Origin: Lama glama
Taxonomy: Eukaryota
DNA: 64,000 nucleotides
NCBI GenBank assembly: GCA_028534125.1
Contig: CM052832.1
Location: 13,518,001 to 13,582,000, forward strand
Reading direction: 5' to 3'
In this document: positions 50,266 through 64,000 of the stretch, in pieces
Numbering within the stretch: position 1 is the stretch's first letter
Layout of the letters: each line of letters begins with the position of its first letter
Program-made: the position numbers and the translations under genes
Notes under the pieces: model-generated
The model's input: the letters and a program-made list of their open reading frames with translations, nothing else
Told to the model about the DNA's origin: nothing
Database searches by the model: none

Positions 50266-51727
50266 TCACCTGCAGGCTTCTGGACCACTGCCAGCCTGCC
50301 CCTCCTTAAACCCAAGGTGGAGGCACTGCCCTGGGAAGTGGAGCCCCATATTGATTTCCTGGCTGGGTCCTTGGTAACCTATTTGATCAGTCTGGACCTC
50401 ATGTCTCAGCTTTAAAGGGAGAGGGTGGCCTCAATGATCTCCAGGGTTCCTTCTAGCACCAGATTTCCATGAATCCAATGGGATTCAAAAACCATTAATG
50501 TGTATCTGGCCTCAGCCTGGAATCAAAGGAGGACGAGATGACCATCCTTCAGAATGCTCCAAGAGGGGGTGTAAATAAGTAGGTGGCAGGACACAGGGTG
50601 TCTATGAGGTGCTATGATGGGAGTGACCATGGGCATTGTGGACCCAAAGGAGAAGCACCCAACCCAGGGGTTGTCGGGCAGGGAAGTGATGAAGGAAAGT
50701 TCCCTAGCAGGAGTGACTGGAGTCTCACCAAGCATGTGAAGAGGGGTGGGTAGGAGAAGGACACTGAGGCAGAATGTATGGCAGGTGCAAAGGCACCGAA
50801 GCTTGTTTTATGGTTTGCTCTGGGTGACACAGGCAGGAGTGGGAGGTGGTGGGAGAGGGCTGGGGAGAGAAAAATCTTGAAGAGCTGGTTGCTAATAAAC
50901 CCAGGGGGACAAGAGGTGGGTAGAGAAGGGGTCCATGCCCACGCTTATTCATCCCCTACCCATGCCATGCCAGTGTCGGGGTGTGAGGATGGGTGGCAAG
51001 GGCCTTATATTCAGAGGAGGGAAAGAGGGTAGAAATATGGGATGGAGGGTCATGCAACTTAACTTTGTCCTAAAAGAAAATTGGGCATATCCACAGCACT
51101 CTCCAGCAATAATAATGCATAACTAAAATTTATGAGTTTAGAATAGTGCACTGTCAGAGTGCCCTTTCCTAAGTGTTAACCCATTTAGTAATAATCCTTT
51201 TTATCGAGGGCCATTGGAAGAGATGGGGCTGAGGGGATACTCTTTCCACAAACTGGGAATAATTCAGGGGTGATACACTGCAACCCAGGCCCTAAAGGAG
51301 CCATGGAACCTCTGTTGGTAGCCAACACACGCAGACCTCTGAGAAGATTCAGGACTAGGGCAGAGGTAAAAAAAAAGGGGGGGGGGAGGTGCCAAGTGTT
51401 GCAGTGTAGGATGGTGACCAAATCTAATTTATCTTGGGCTTCTGTGTTCATCTCATCTAAAAGTGTGCCTGACACAGATGCCAGGGGGGTGAAGGTAGGG
51501 AAGAACTAGGGAAAATAGAAGGAAGGAAGGCAGACAGGTGGACCATCCCAGGGACCTGTCAAGAGAAGCAGGCCAACAAGGTCCTATTGTATAGAACAGG
51601 GAACTATAGTCAATACCTCGTAATGAATGGCTTATAGTGAAAAAGAATATGAAAAGTAATCATAAGTGAATCACTACGCAGTACACCAGAAATAATTAAC
51701 ACATTGTAAATCGACTATGCTTCAACT

Positions 51728-51965
51728 AGAGAAAGAGAGAGAGAGAACAGAGAGAGAACAGAGAGAGACAGAGAGAGAGAGACAGAGAGAGGAGCAAGAC
51801 CACCCTCTCTTTTCCTGCCTCCGCTCCCTGGCCCCATCCCACAGCCAAGGCCCCGCCCCATCCGCCCCATCCGCCCCACCCGCCCCACCCACTCCCAGGA
51901 CCCAGCCCCCACTCCCGGCCCCGCCCACTCCCAGGGCTCAGCCCCCACTCCCGGCTCTGTCCCAC
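51728..51965. repeat. (GA)-rich microsatellite followed by a C-rich minisatellite (ccccactccc / ccgcccca units)
   Basis: Read directly; it abuts the assembly gap. Confidence 0.85.
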
Positions 51966-51972
51966 AACCAAG

Positions 51973-52072
51973 NNNNNNNNNNNNNNNNNNNNNNNNNNNN
52001 NNNNNNNNNNNNNNNNNNNNNNNNNNNNNNNNNNNNNNNNNNNNNNNNNNNNNNNNNNNNNNNNNNNNNNNN
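51973..52072. other. Assembly gap (100 N), probably hiding PNPLA1 exon 2
   Basis: Run of N about 1.8 kb upstream (minus strand) of exon 3. No exon 2 sequence is seen elsewhere in the window. Confidence 0.8.
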
Positions 52073-55000
52073 AACAGCGACTCTGCCATCTCATCCTGCA
52101 TCCAACAAATGGGGACACCTAGAATTCTGACGCAGAGAGGGTCCTCAGGCATCAACCTGTCATTCTGCACACGAGGAAAGCAAGGCACGGAGGAATGAAG
52201 TCACTGGCTCCAGAGAGCCCACAGCTAGTCAGGCATCCTGCCTCCTTTCACACTGAGGGCAAAGGACCCCTTTCCTACCCCCAAATAGTTTTCCCCAACT
52301 TCCTGTCACCATGCCTGGAAGTCCATCACCACACTGCATTCTTTTAGGGTCTTAGAGGCTTTTTGCCCTGTATGAGATTCCCATTAAAACACTGTTACAG
52401 TTGAAAGCCGTCACCAAGTGACACCCTGGGATGCTTGCTTAGTCTAAGCCCGTGAAGTCTGTGAGTGGGAGGGGGTGCTGGCCTTGATGCACAGAAGTTA
52501 CAGAAAGGGTGAACTGTCTTGAAATTATTACATCACCTTCCCTGTATGGCCGCTGGTACAGACCTGAGAGGGAGAAGGCCCTGAACTATGGACACAAGTG
52601 CTGCAAGGTCCCCGGGGGGACCAGAAGGGGCTTGGAAGGGCAGATGTGTTATTCAGGGAGGTGGCAGAAGAAGGTGAAACCTGCCTCCCTAACCCCCAGA
52701 ATTCCACTGGGGAAGTTAGGGTTGTAAGCTTAGTAAGCAGTGCTATCACAGCAATAAGTAAGGTAGGTATTTCTATCCTTATTTTACTGATCAGGAAGCT
52801 AAGGTTCAGAGAGGTAATATAACTTGCCCGAGGTCAACCATCTAGTTAGTGGACAAAGTGGGACTTTGACCTAGAGTGTGTGACCCTGGAATTCATACTC
52901 CTTCCACTACACTGAGCTGAAAGCTTTCAAAGCCGGGCCTGTACCTGCTTCTTTAGCAGCCAATTGCTAATTTCTACCCTGTGCAAACCCTCTGGAAGAG
53001 TACCTCGGTCAGAGAATTTACCAAAGGGATTCCTGCATTGGTGGAAAGGGCTAAGATTCCTTCCAATTTTGAGATTCTGGGATTCTCATGGGGGAGAAGC
53101 TATCACTGTGGACATTACTCCCCTCTTTACAAATAGAGCGGCTGAGGCACAGAGGTTAAGTGATTTGCCCAAAGTCACACACAGCAATCTGAGGACAAAC
53201 CAAAGCTAGAGATGCTCTACTCCTCTTGTGTTTTACAGTTCACAGATTATTCCTTATTAATCCTGGAGGTAGATGGGATAAGGAGCTTCAGCATCATTTC
53301 ACAGATGCAGAAACCAAGGCAAAAAAAAAAGCTAAGTGTCTTGCCTGAGGTTAGACAGCCAGGCAGTGTTTGCTCTGACTCCAGACCCCACCTCCTTTCC
53401 CTGGGTGTTGGATTTATCCCTGAGTCTGAGTGAGTCTGGGTTGCCATGGTGATGGGCTTTTCTCACCAACATCCTGAATCACAGCTGCATGTGTAGAGTA
53501 GGGACTGATCTGATCAACAGAGCATCTTAGCCATCACTGCCTTACAGGGGAGGGTGTTCTTGGGATCTGGGAAAGCCCTGCAGTTTCAGAAAGGTTAGCT
53601 TTACTGCATCAACTTGTACAAACAGCTTTTTCCTTCAAGGGAGGGTGGCAGCCAATCCACCAGTAGGTTATGAAGCAACTGAGCATTTGGATACCAAGGT
53701 TTTGGGTCACTGAGTTCTTGCCCGCAAGACCAGTCAGGATAGGGAGTCAAGCCAGGGCAGGGACATGTTGTTTTGAGAATTCTTAATGAGTAGCCTGAAG
53801 TGGCTTCAAGGGTTGGTGACCTTTCCCACAATGCCTCAGAGCCAGGAACGCCTGGTTCAGCTTGCCCATATACTCCTGGACTCCCAACAGGAGGCGTTCC
53901 CTGGGACTGCTGGAAGGAAATTTGCTCTCAACACACAAGAAATATATGTTCATTGTGGAAAAAAAATGTTAATGAAGATGAGCAAAAGGAAAAAAATTAA
54001 AATGTCTTGGAATCCCTTCACCCAGAGATTAACATTTCATTTATGTTTTCTTAGACTGTATTTTATATTGTTCTTTTTTTTTTTTAGTTTTTCACTTGTT
54101 GTTTTTTTATATTGTTCTTACATATAAGAATACTTAAATGGGGTCATACTATATACTCTATTTGTAACTTGCTTTTTTCACCTAGTAAATCATGTCTTTC
54201 CACACCAATAAGTATCTACTTATAACCTAAATTACAAGCAGCATGGACAACTATTGTAAGGTTATACTATGGTGAGCAGGTCCCCACCAGGGGTTGGCTA
54301 TTTAGTTTGTTTCCTTGCTTTTCTAAACAACGCTGCAATGAATAATCTCTTGCTAACTTATTTGCCTGTGTCCTTAATTATTTTCCTTAGGATAAATTCC
54401 TGGAGATGGGAATACTAGATCAAAGGCATGGATATTTAATCTTGTAATACTTAAATCACTGCTTTTGTATATTATCCATTTACAGTCACCTTTCAGCTAC
54501 TCAGGGATGGTGGCGGGTGACAGGGACAAATCAGTGGCCAAGATAATGTAGACATAAGTATATATCCTATATACATATAGAATATATCCTATATACTTAC
54601 ATCTGAAAATGGTGCTATTTGGAAATTAGCAATGTCATCAGAGAGGAAGGGGGCAGTAGATAGTCTGATTTCTCCCATTCAGGTTGTGTACCAAAGGATG
54701 CCTTTATCCCTGTCTCTCCTGGCTTCTCTTCAGGTCTCTCTCTGTGCATCTCTGTCTTCTGAGTCCCTGACTATCTCTTTCCCTGTCTCCCTTTGTCTCT
54801 CTCTTCCTCTCTCTTTCCCCAGGGAGAAGTAACTAATCTTCTGGTTAAACAAGTCTCTGTTGGTAGAAAGTCAAGTGTTAAGCATAGCAATTGCTGGGTT
54901 CTGTGAGAAGGGATAAATTTAGCCTGCTTCTTTATGCATCTCTGTTCTTTCCAGCACCTTCTCCCTAGTTTAAAGGCCTCCTTCCAAGCTGCCAGGCTCT

Positions 55001-56660
55001 GGGAAATAGTGTCCCACAATGACCACAGCAAGATGGGATTTAAAAGCAGCACTGTAGGAAACTCAAGGTGGGCTGCTTCCATCCCCAGCCCACACTTGGC
55101 ACATCCACTTCTCCTCCCTCCCACCTCCTTTCACACCTTTGTATTATCTAACTGTAAGTCCATCTCCCAAACCAAGAGATTCTCTGAGGGCAGGTCTTTG
55201 TGGTCCTCCCCTCTCCATGACCTATCACTGCACTTTGCCCACAGAAGACCCTTCAGAAACTTTGCTGTAAGCTGGGAATTCCTCAAGGGCAAGAATGGGC
55301 CACACTCACCTACGCCTATTGGAAAGAACAAACCTCCCACGACACTTGGTGGGTGCTCGGTGTTTGTTCAGTATGTGAACAAAGGAAAATAAAAACTCAA
55401 CAAAGCAAATAATGGAAATGCTAATGAGGAAGAGCTGCTTGACTTAATTACCCAATAAAAGCTTGAAGACAAGATGGTCCCGTATAGATGAATGGAGAAA
55501 AGAGTTAACTATATTGGTAAGTATGGCCAATTCACCAGGTTTTATGAGTCTATTGGCCCAAGAACTTCAGTAGAAAAATGAATAATATCCTGGGGCTGGG
55601 AGGTTTTGAAGGGTATCTGGAAGCCACCCCATGTCTCAGTCACTCAGAAACTCTTTTCTGTGACCAGATCCATTTCTTGCAAAGAGTTCAGGCTTTGAAG
55701 CCAGAGAGATTTGGTTGAAATCCCAGCTTTGTGACATACTATCTGGCTCATCACTGGCAAGGCAAATAACTTCTTCCAGCCTCAATTTTGCCACCTATAA
55801 AATTTGAAAAATAATGCTTGCCTTTCTGGATTGTTATGAGGAAGACAGCTTTTTAAAAGCCTGAACATAGTAAGTGCTCAATATTGGTTACATCAGTAAT
55901 TCCCCCATGTGACCATGGATCAGAGCTTCTTGATGTTTTCTGGCTTTCAGATTTCTCATCTAAACAAGGGACAATGATCCTTGCCCCACATCTTTATCAA
56001 GGTGCACTCAGGTTCACTGGTGGGTGCAAGAGAGCAAAGTAAAAGCATTGTGGAGATGAGAGGATGCTCCCTTGTTTCAGAGTGTGGTGAGGCGATGGGT
56101 CAGGTGGAAGGTAGTTTAGGCATGGTTGGCAGCAACACTCTTTTCTGTCAACTTAGGGGACCCTACAGGTTTAGTAGAGGAAAAGAGGGGCGTAGTAAAA
56201 TCAATTAAAGGGAAAGGAAACAAATAATTAGATATGTGTTTATCTTATTTGTTCGCTTAAGTACCTAATGTTTCCCCTTCCGTGAGGGCAAGGATGGTCC
56301 CCATCTCATTCACTCCTTTGTCCCTAGCACTTGATATGGTACATGGAACATGTAGGCATTTAATAAACATGGATGTGTGCATGAATAATGAATAAATGAA
56401 TGAACCCAGAAATCAAAGGAGGACACTGCATCCCAGAGAGAGAAGAAGCTATTCAAGGTGACCCAGAGTATAAAAACAGAGGGCTTCTCTTCCCCTCCTC
56501 CACATAGCTTTCTGCTAAGTGTTAAATCCTAGAAAGATGGGCACTTGGCAGCTGACAATTTAAACTGCTGGGGATCCTGTTCACAGACTGCTCGAATTAA
56601 GCTGGCTGTGCGAGATGAATCTGCCGTGGAGGATGGGACTAGCGGTCCCAGTCTCCCGCG

Positions 56661-56699
56661 GATTGGTAACCTAGCAACAACTTCCAGCTCAGCCAATCA
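56661..56699. promoter_or_regulatory. RFX X-box flanked by two CCAAT (NF-Y) boxes in PNPLA1 intron 1
   Basis: GATTGG (56661-56666) overlaps GGTAACCTAGCAAC (56665-56678), followed by AGCCAATCA (~56691-56699), in a locally CpG-richer patch. Confidence 0.5.
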
Positions 56700-59461
56700 C
56701 TGCAAGGCACCCCTCTCCGTGGGCCCTGCTCCCCAGCTGCAGGCGGGTGCGGTGGGCCTCAGGGTAGCTAGGGTGCAGCAGCCCTTGGGGAGGCGCCGGC
56801 GGAGCAGAGTTCCCAGGAAAGCCCTGCAATTCTCTGAGTCCCTGGGAGTCTACTGCTTTTACCTGGTCCCTAATTGTAGGCTGAATTATAAGCTGTATTT
56901 CCCTGTGGGCATATCTCGACTGCCTGACTCCACTATAATAATAATTAAGATTATCTAAACAACAGTCATTTACACAAGCAGATTTTCACACTTATAATCC
57001 TAGTTTAACCTCAGAGACAGCGAGTCCCTGGGCGGTGGAGCAGGGGGTGGGGTGGAGGGAGGCCTTGGTTTATTCACCGTTTTATTTCTATATCCCACAC
57101 TGCAGGGGCACGGATGGAAAAAAAATTTTTTTTGGCTTGAAGCTGCAGTGTCACCACTGGAAGGTTCACAAAGAACCTCTGGAGCAGCAATTTTTCAGTC
57201 AAGGAGACTTTGTTCAAAATAAATCTCAAATGGAAGCCCAACAGATAAAACAACTGAAAACAGGGCTGTTCTGAGTTGAAGGCAAGTGAGTTCTCAGGCC
57301 CTGACCAATCGCTGCAGCCCACTCTAGAAATGAAGGCCATGAAAGCATGGCCCTGAAACTCCTAAGGATCTAGGAGCCTAGTCAAAAACACTAAACCAGA
57401 CTAATTCTCTCATTTTACAGGTAAGAAATCCAACCCAGGATAAAGCTCAATAAATATGGCTGAATGTCAAGCTTGCTGGCTGAATGGAAAAACGAATAAT
57501 GGATGGATATACCCCAGGTCACACAGTCTATGTTAGCAGAAACTGGAACGAGAATATATGAGAAAACACACATTATCCTGCTCTTTTCTGAACGCATTAT
57601 AGGCTTTAGCCAAAAACAAACAACTCTGACCCAATAAGCACTTAAAAAAACAAAAACAAAAAAAAGATTCTTTTTTTATGGATAATAACAATATTCCACA
57701 TAGACCTTTTTCTAACCATAGAGCTTTCTAAAGAACTGGCATAAAAGGTTCAGATCATCTTATATCAGGTTGCCATGGAAACAGCAGCGCCTCCCACTGC
57801 TTCATCACTGGATTCCTATCAAGGTGTCTGTGGAATTTTCCCCAGGGCCTGGGGCCTCACCCTGCCCCTGTGTGCCTCTCCACCAGGCACAGTGTCCACA
57901 ACTTTCCACTAAAGGATCTACTGATTACCTTGAGATGAAAGAGGCAGAGAGAATGTGTCTAGAAAGTTCTCTGGAACCTCACAGTGTTTTCAGGGCCATT
58001 GCCCGTGCTTTTTTTTCCTGTTTTCTTTGGTGGACGCAGAAATTTGTTTGGGATCCTGCTCCAAGGTAGAAACCAATACTGCCACTCATCCAGGCTGTGG
58101 CCCGTTTTACCCTACAGACTCGGCACTACTGAGGGGACACTGGGATAAGGTAGGAACTCTGACTAGTCACCCTCTAGTCTTAAGAGTTGTTTTGTTTAGT
58201 TTTTGTCGTGCTTGTGTGTGTGTGTGAGATGCAGTCAGGGGACCTCCAGGTGAGCCTCTGCTCTACAGAGAAAAGGCCATCTCAGAGCATCTCCTCAATC
58301 AGGATTTGCCCAAATTAGGGCACCACTGCAGAGGAATGCATATGCCTCTCTTTTTCAAAATCACAATAATTAAAGTTTACTTCTACTGACTGGTGGTAGG
58401 CCCTGCAGTCACTGCCTCAACTGTCCAAGACTTCAGTTGGTTGGGTCTGTTACCTATGTCTCTCGCCATATTACATGAATCTTGAAGTTCTCATGAAACC
58501 ACACAGTTCCATCCCATCCCACTGATTACTAGTTACCACTCTTTAGTGCCTCCTTGGTGCCAGGTATGCTGTGTCAGACTCCGAGGTCTTGTAGTTTCAT
58601 TTAAATTTCATGACACTCCTTTGACAGAGGTACTCTGTTATCTCCTCTTTACTGATGAAGAAATGGAGGCTCAACCAGTAACCTGGCCAAGGTCACACAC
58701 TAGAAAGCAGCAGAGCTAGGCCTCGAAGTCCTGAGGACCTCAAAGCCAGTGTTCTTTCCAACACAGCTCACTGTCTCCACCAGGGAATGGCCTCCATCTC
58801 CAGAGCCTCCAGTGAGGTGGGGTGGGAAGGGACGTTCCACAAAGGCTCTTGGGATCTGCCTTCCTAGGATTTAGTTGAGGCACATCTCCTAAGGGCTCGG
58901 ATGTCCCTAGGAGACAGGAAGATTCTCTTTAGAGCAACAGAATTCAAATCGCATCTTCAAATGTATATACATATACTCCACACCCAGAGCCCCTTCTCAA
59001 GCCAGGCCAGTCTCTTCTCTCATCAGTCAACACAAAGTGCACAATCCTTTTCTTCTTTTTATTTATTTTTTCAACCTTCCATGCAAACTTCACCCTAAAG
59101 CCCAGCTTAAGATCTGGGCCTCCTCCTTAAAGCCTTCCCTGATTACCTCCAGTGTTAGGCCTCTCTCATCACTGCCCACACCATTTATTTCGGGCTGTCC
59201 TGAGTGGTCTGTCCTGTCTCTCTGGCTAGCTGTAGTCCTTGAGGACAGGACTTGTATCCAGAACACCCTCCTCCCCCATTATTGCCTAGTTCAGTATTGA
59301 ACACTTAGTAGTAGGTATTCCAGAATGAATTAATGAACTATTTCATGTTCCATAAGCAGGGACTATTTCTGTTTTGTTCCTCATTATACCTCAGCACACT
59401 GGCAGTACCTGGCACACTGTAGGGATTTAATAAACGTTTGCTGAATAAATTAGTAATGAAT

Positions 59462-59590
59462 GGGGAGGAGGGTATAGCTCAAGTGGTAGGGTGCATGCTT
59501 AGCATGTACAAGGTCCTGGGTTCAATCCCTAGTACCTCCTCTAAAAATTAATAAACCTAATTACCTCCTCCTCCAAAAATTTTTTTAAAA
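59462..59590 (+). mobile_element. tRNA-Ala-derived SINE (Vic-1-like)
   Basis: ggggaggagggtatagctcaagtggtag...cttagcatg...ggtcctgggttcaatccctagtacctcc, followed by the tail aataaacctaattacctcc shared with the copy at 1200-1372. Confidence 0.88.
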
Positions 59591-61174
59591 AACTGAATGA
59601 TTAAATGAATGAACTAAAGGAGGAGATCAAAGAGCATCTTCTCTACTGAGCTGTTGGGACCCTCCACCTGGTGGTCAGGAAGATGGAATTCTTCAGTGAC
59701 TCAGCCAGACTTGGGGTTTGAGGGAGCAAACCAGAAAGTATGTTTGCTCTGTCAGGCTTGGTCCTAACTCTTACCTCCACATCAATGGACACAAGACCCT
59801 GAGCTGGGGCTGAAAAGGAGATTCTTCTTTATGTGGTAGTCCCAGAAGGACAGAGTTGGGTTACCCTCAGGATTGATGGGTCAACTCCTAATTTAAATGA
59901 AAGTCAAGCCAGCCTGGAGATTTGTTTATCATTTGTCTGCCTCTTTTCCCTGTAGACTCCAAAACAGAGCTCAACCATCTTTGCTGAACTTGATCCCAAA
60001 GTGAAGCAAAGAAAACAACACTATTTTAATACACTCTAAGTGAGCTGGTTTAAAAATGGATCCACCAAATGTAGTGTGAGATCCTGGATTGGATCCTGGG
60101 ACAGAAGAATGATATCAGTAGAAAAACTGGTGAAATCTATAGTTAATAGTAATGTACCAATGGTAATGTCTGAGGGTGGGTGAATGTACTGTGGTTATGT
60201 AAGATGGTAATGGTAGGGGAAACTGGAGGAAGGATGTACAGAACTATCTCAGCAACTTTTCTGTAAATCTATCAGTATTCCAGAATAACAAGCCTTTTAT
60301 TGTTAAAGTGAAAAAATACAGATTGACCAAGACTATTAAACACACAGTGTCTGCCACTCAGCAGGGGCTCAGTTAATGCCTGCGGATTTTGCGGGGAATG
60401 AATCAATGTGGGTCACTGCATGAGCTGCTCTCCAAATAGTTAGATGTTCCACTAACTGACCAGCACATTCAGAGTTTTATCTGATTTTCTATTCAATTCT
60501 CTTCTACTTAAGAGTCTGAAGGATTATTTGGGGAAAATCTTTATCCATTTGGTTGGAGAGTTGAACATGTAAAACACAAGTTACTTTGAGTGAACTGAAA
60601 GATACTGATTTGAACGTGGTAGTGGGAGTGATCACCACCACCATACAGTGACATCATTTCTATAGCATTTTATAGAAAGTTTTCTTCACATACATCATAT
60701 CATTTGATCTCATTTTCTTAACCAATGTGCAAATGACTGCCTGGCCCATGGAATTGGGTAGGAAAGCTGGGGTGCTGCTTGCAAAGCAACTTCTGAAATC
60801 ATGATTAGAGAAGATGTAGAAATATAGAAGTTAAGAGAGATTGCAGTCTGAACTCATTGTGTTATCTAATCTCTCTGAACACCTGTTTCCCACTTTGTAA
60901 AATGGGTATAAATATAGCATCTACTTCATAGGGCTGTGAGAAGATAAAAGCAAATGATTCATGCAAAACTTTGAGCACAGGACCTGGCACATTCCAAGTG
61001 CTTGATAAATAATATTAGTGTGACACTACAATGTGAATCAGAACAGAGTTTATTTTACAGAAAATGTTGCCATCTCAGGCAGAAAAATAACTCCAGGAAT
61101 GGTTTTTGATGAAGACATTTTAATTCTGAAAGCGCACCCAGCAGCTAGGGCTGAACTTCAGGTTATATCTGGGC

Positions 61175-61177
<3 letters not shown>

Positions 61178-61205
<28 letters not shown>
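61178..61205 (+). repeat. (CA)n microsatellite
   Basis: About 14 CA units read directly. Confidence 0.95.
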
Positions 61206-61207
<2 letters not shown>

Positions 61208-61837
61208 GCAACAGGAAAAACTGGCGGTTCTCATCCATGTCTTAAAGAACTTTGGAGAGACTTCCAGCTCCAGTAATGAGAGTGCTGAGCTAGAAAGGAA
61301 CCTCTCCAGCTTTAGGGACATCATCATCAGCAACCACAACAAGAAAAGCAACCACAGCGAAGAGTCTGATATAAAATAAAATCATGAGACGTGGTTGACT
61401 TCACAAGAAAGAAAGAAGAAATGAAGAAGGAACTGAAAGCCCACGAGTGCCATGAGAAAGAAAGCTGATGATATGGTTACCAGACCAGAAACTGGCAGGG
61501 ACAGGGGCTGCGGTTCTGGGCTGTGAGGGGCAGCTGAACTGAGACCCTACTAAAAGCCAACAGCTGCTGGGCCAACGAAACATGCCAATGGCTTGTCTCT
61601 GCCCAGGGCTCTGGTTGAAAAACCCAGTTTCTCATAAAAACACAAAGTCCCAAATCTGTATTACCTGTGGTTTAGCGCTTGAATTGACAAAACCTGCAGG
61701 GTAATTACCATGAAAATTTGTCCTGAGTTGCTGATAATCCTGACCAGGGCCAAGGCAAATTAGCTCAGACAGTCCTTCCACTGCCAGGCCACACAGAATT
61801 CCCATAGGAAAAATAAGTCCTTATAGAAAACAAACTG

Positions 61838-62085
61838 TAGGGGGAAGGCAGGGAGAGGGATAGGCTCAGAGTTTGGGATTAACAGATACACATTACTATA
61901 TATAAAGTAGATAAACAACAAGGACCTACTGTATAGCACAGTGAGCTATATTCAATTTCTTGTAATGAGCTGTAATGTAAAAGAAACTGAAAATGTATAT
62001 ACGTATGTACATATGTATAACTGAATCACTTTGCTGTACACCTGAAACTAACTTTGTAAATCGACTACACTTCAGTAAAAAATAA
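61838..62085 (+). mobile_element. LINE-1 3' end fragment
   Basis: gagtttgggattaacagatacac...aacaacaaggacctactgtatagcacag...ttgtaaatcgactacacttcag plus an A-tail. Homologous to ~51580-51725 and ~19577-19780. Confidence 0.75.
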
Positions 62086-64000
62086 TAATTAGCCAAGTTC
62101 TTGGGCAGATGAGCTCATAATTAAATATTTAATAATATTAAAAATATTAATCAGACCAGGTTGGAGTCCAGTAATCTGTTTTAATAAGCTTAATAACTTC
62201 TCTAGGACATTCTTTGGTTAAATTTTTAAAAAGCTGTGTTACCTATGCTTTTCCATTTCAAGATAATCTTCTTTTACTTGTTCATCCATTTATTCAACAT
62301 TCTTTCATCAAAAACTTATTTTGTGATGAGTATTTGGCAGGCACAGTGCCAGGCACATCCATGAATTCTTTTGTCCCTCACCATACTGTCCAAGGGATAT
62401 GTCCCCACCCCCAGGTTACAGATGGGAAAACTGAGGGTGAGGCAGGTCACTGGTGGGCTAAGGACCTACAGTGATTAGTGGCAGAGTTAGAACACCAGCC
62501 CAGTACTCCTCCTTCCTGGGAGCTACGTTCTCCATAACCCTGGAATGTCTTTTTCCTCACTGAGTGACAAAGATAGGCACAGGGGTGGCTGAGAAAAGTA
62601 GTCACTAGAGCCAAGGTTCTCACTGCCCAGCATACACCTAAGCCACCTGCCAATGACAGTAACTTCAGCCACACTGGGCTCCAGGGCCCCAGGAAGGGTG
62701 GCAGGAGCTGCCCAGGGCAGCTCTGGACCAGGTGTGGGAGGCAGACCAAAACATCTATAGCATCCTGTCTCCATAGGAGGAGTCGTGTTGGGTCCTGCTG
62801 TGTCCACGTTTGTGGGGTGGGGTACCCCACTGCTCCTCAGCCCTCTCATGTGCTTTGAAAAGTCCTTTTGGAGCCCATTTCCTGTCAGAAAGACAGCTTG
62901 TTTTCCTTTCTAAAAATGCAAACACTTCTGAGCGCAGGGCTGTTGCATCTGCTGATCTCACAGCCTGAAACACTCTTCTCTCAGAGCACGTGGCTCTCCC
63001 TCCCTTCCTTCCACCTCAGAGAGGCCTCCCCTGCCCAGGCCACCTGAAACTTCACCCTGTGATCATTCACCACACCCTTCACCTACTTAATTTTCTTCTT
63101 GGAGCATGCATGCTGGTGTTTTCTGTATGTTTGGTTATTACGGCTTGATTTTACCAAGAGAATGTCAGTTTCATGAGGGCAGACAGCTGTTTTGTTTGCT
63201 GCTGGATCCCTAGGACCTAGAATGGATGGATGGATGAGTGGTCTATTTTATCACTGTGATTCAGCCAGAATCTGTTCCTCAACTTCTCTGTCTGCACATT
63301 AAGTGGATTTGACTCAAACAGTGGCTTTCAAACTTTAAAAAAATCATTGTAATACTTTATGTGAAATTTTAGAAAGAATGGACAACAGCAGGGCTGTACT
63401 TGCTGAAGCTGAGGAAGGCCCCAGGCCTTCAGTATGCCCTCTCCCTGCTCCCCACTTCCCTGCCTCCCCTCAGCCCCACAGAACTCTGGAGTTCCTCAGA
63501 ACACGGTTTGAAAATCACTGGCCTAAGTGAGGTCCACTTCTAGCCAGTCACTCCCTCTTTCAAAGTCTAAATACAATCATCCATAAAATGAAGGATTTGG
63601 ACTCGCTGACCTTCCTTCTAGGACATTCTAGTATTATAAGTCATATCCATAACTGCAGAAAATTATCTTAAAGTCAGAATAGAAACCACAAAGAAACATT
63701 CAGTATCACGCTCGCCAATGGCCAGCAACTGTCAGGAATCTATGAAGCAGTTCTTGGTGGGAGCCGTGGGACCAATAAGATCTCAGATTGCTCAACCAGT
63801 CTGGCTGATGAAATGAGGCACACTATCTGAAACAATTAAGACAGGATACTGTCAAGGGCTAGAACAGATGGACAGATTCTATGGGCAAACTAGAAATCAT
63901 GGAAAGAGATGCACTGAGGTAAAATGGGAGGGTGTATTGGGAAGAAGTGTTATCTCTGGAAAGACAGAAGGTCATTCTAGGTAGGGGACACAGTGGATGC

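Noticed and set aside
59468..59540. tRNA-Ala gene look-alikes (also ~1300-1370 and ~14440-14505)
   Set aside because: They have stem mismatches and SINE-type tails, and two of the three have clear target-site duplications. They are SINE heads.

Overview
Mammalian genomic DNA, very probably a camelid (three tRNA-Ala-derived Vic-1-like SINEs). It is syntenic with the human 6p21.31 ETV7-BNIP5-PNPLA1 region. It contains a complete, intact BNIP5 (C6orf222) gene on the + strand (11 coding exons, 20919-32819, 658 aa by my exon sum). It also contains the 3' part of PNPLA1 on the - strand: exons 3-9 are visible, exon 2 probably lies in a 100-N gap, and exon 1 lies beyond the window. The most unusual element is a ~3.2 kb minus-strand insertion (~2886-6122) carrying the 5' UTR, the 70-nt first coding exon, the intact splice donor and ~2.65 kb of intron 1 of a RAB6 gene (most likely RAB6A). 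It ends in AATAAA plus a degenerate poly(A) tail and is flanked by a target-site duplication inside an old L1. This looks like an L1-mediated retrocopy of an unspliced, intronically polyadenylated transcript that placed a CpG island upstream of BNIP5. Other points of interest are the triplicated exon module of BNIP5, with an RFX X-box after each repeated donor, and the eroding C-terminal exons of PNPLA1 (shifted acceptor, compensated frameshift, frameshifted last exon). Orthologue comparisons and repeat family names come from my recollection of known sequences, not from database searches.
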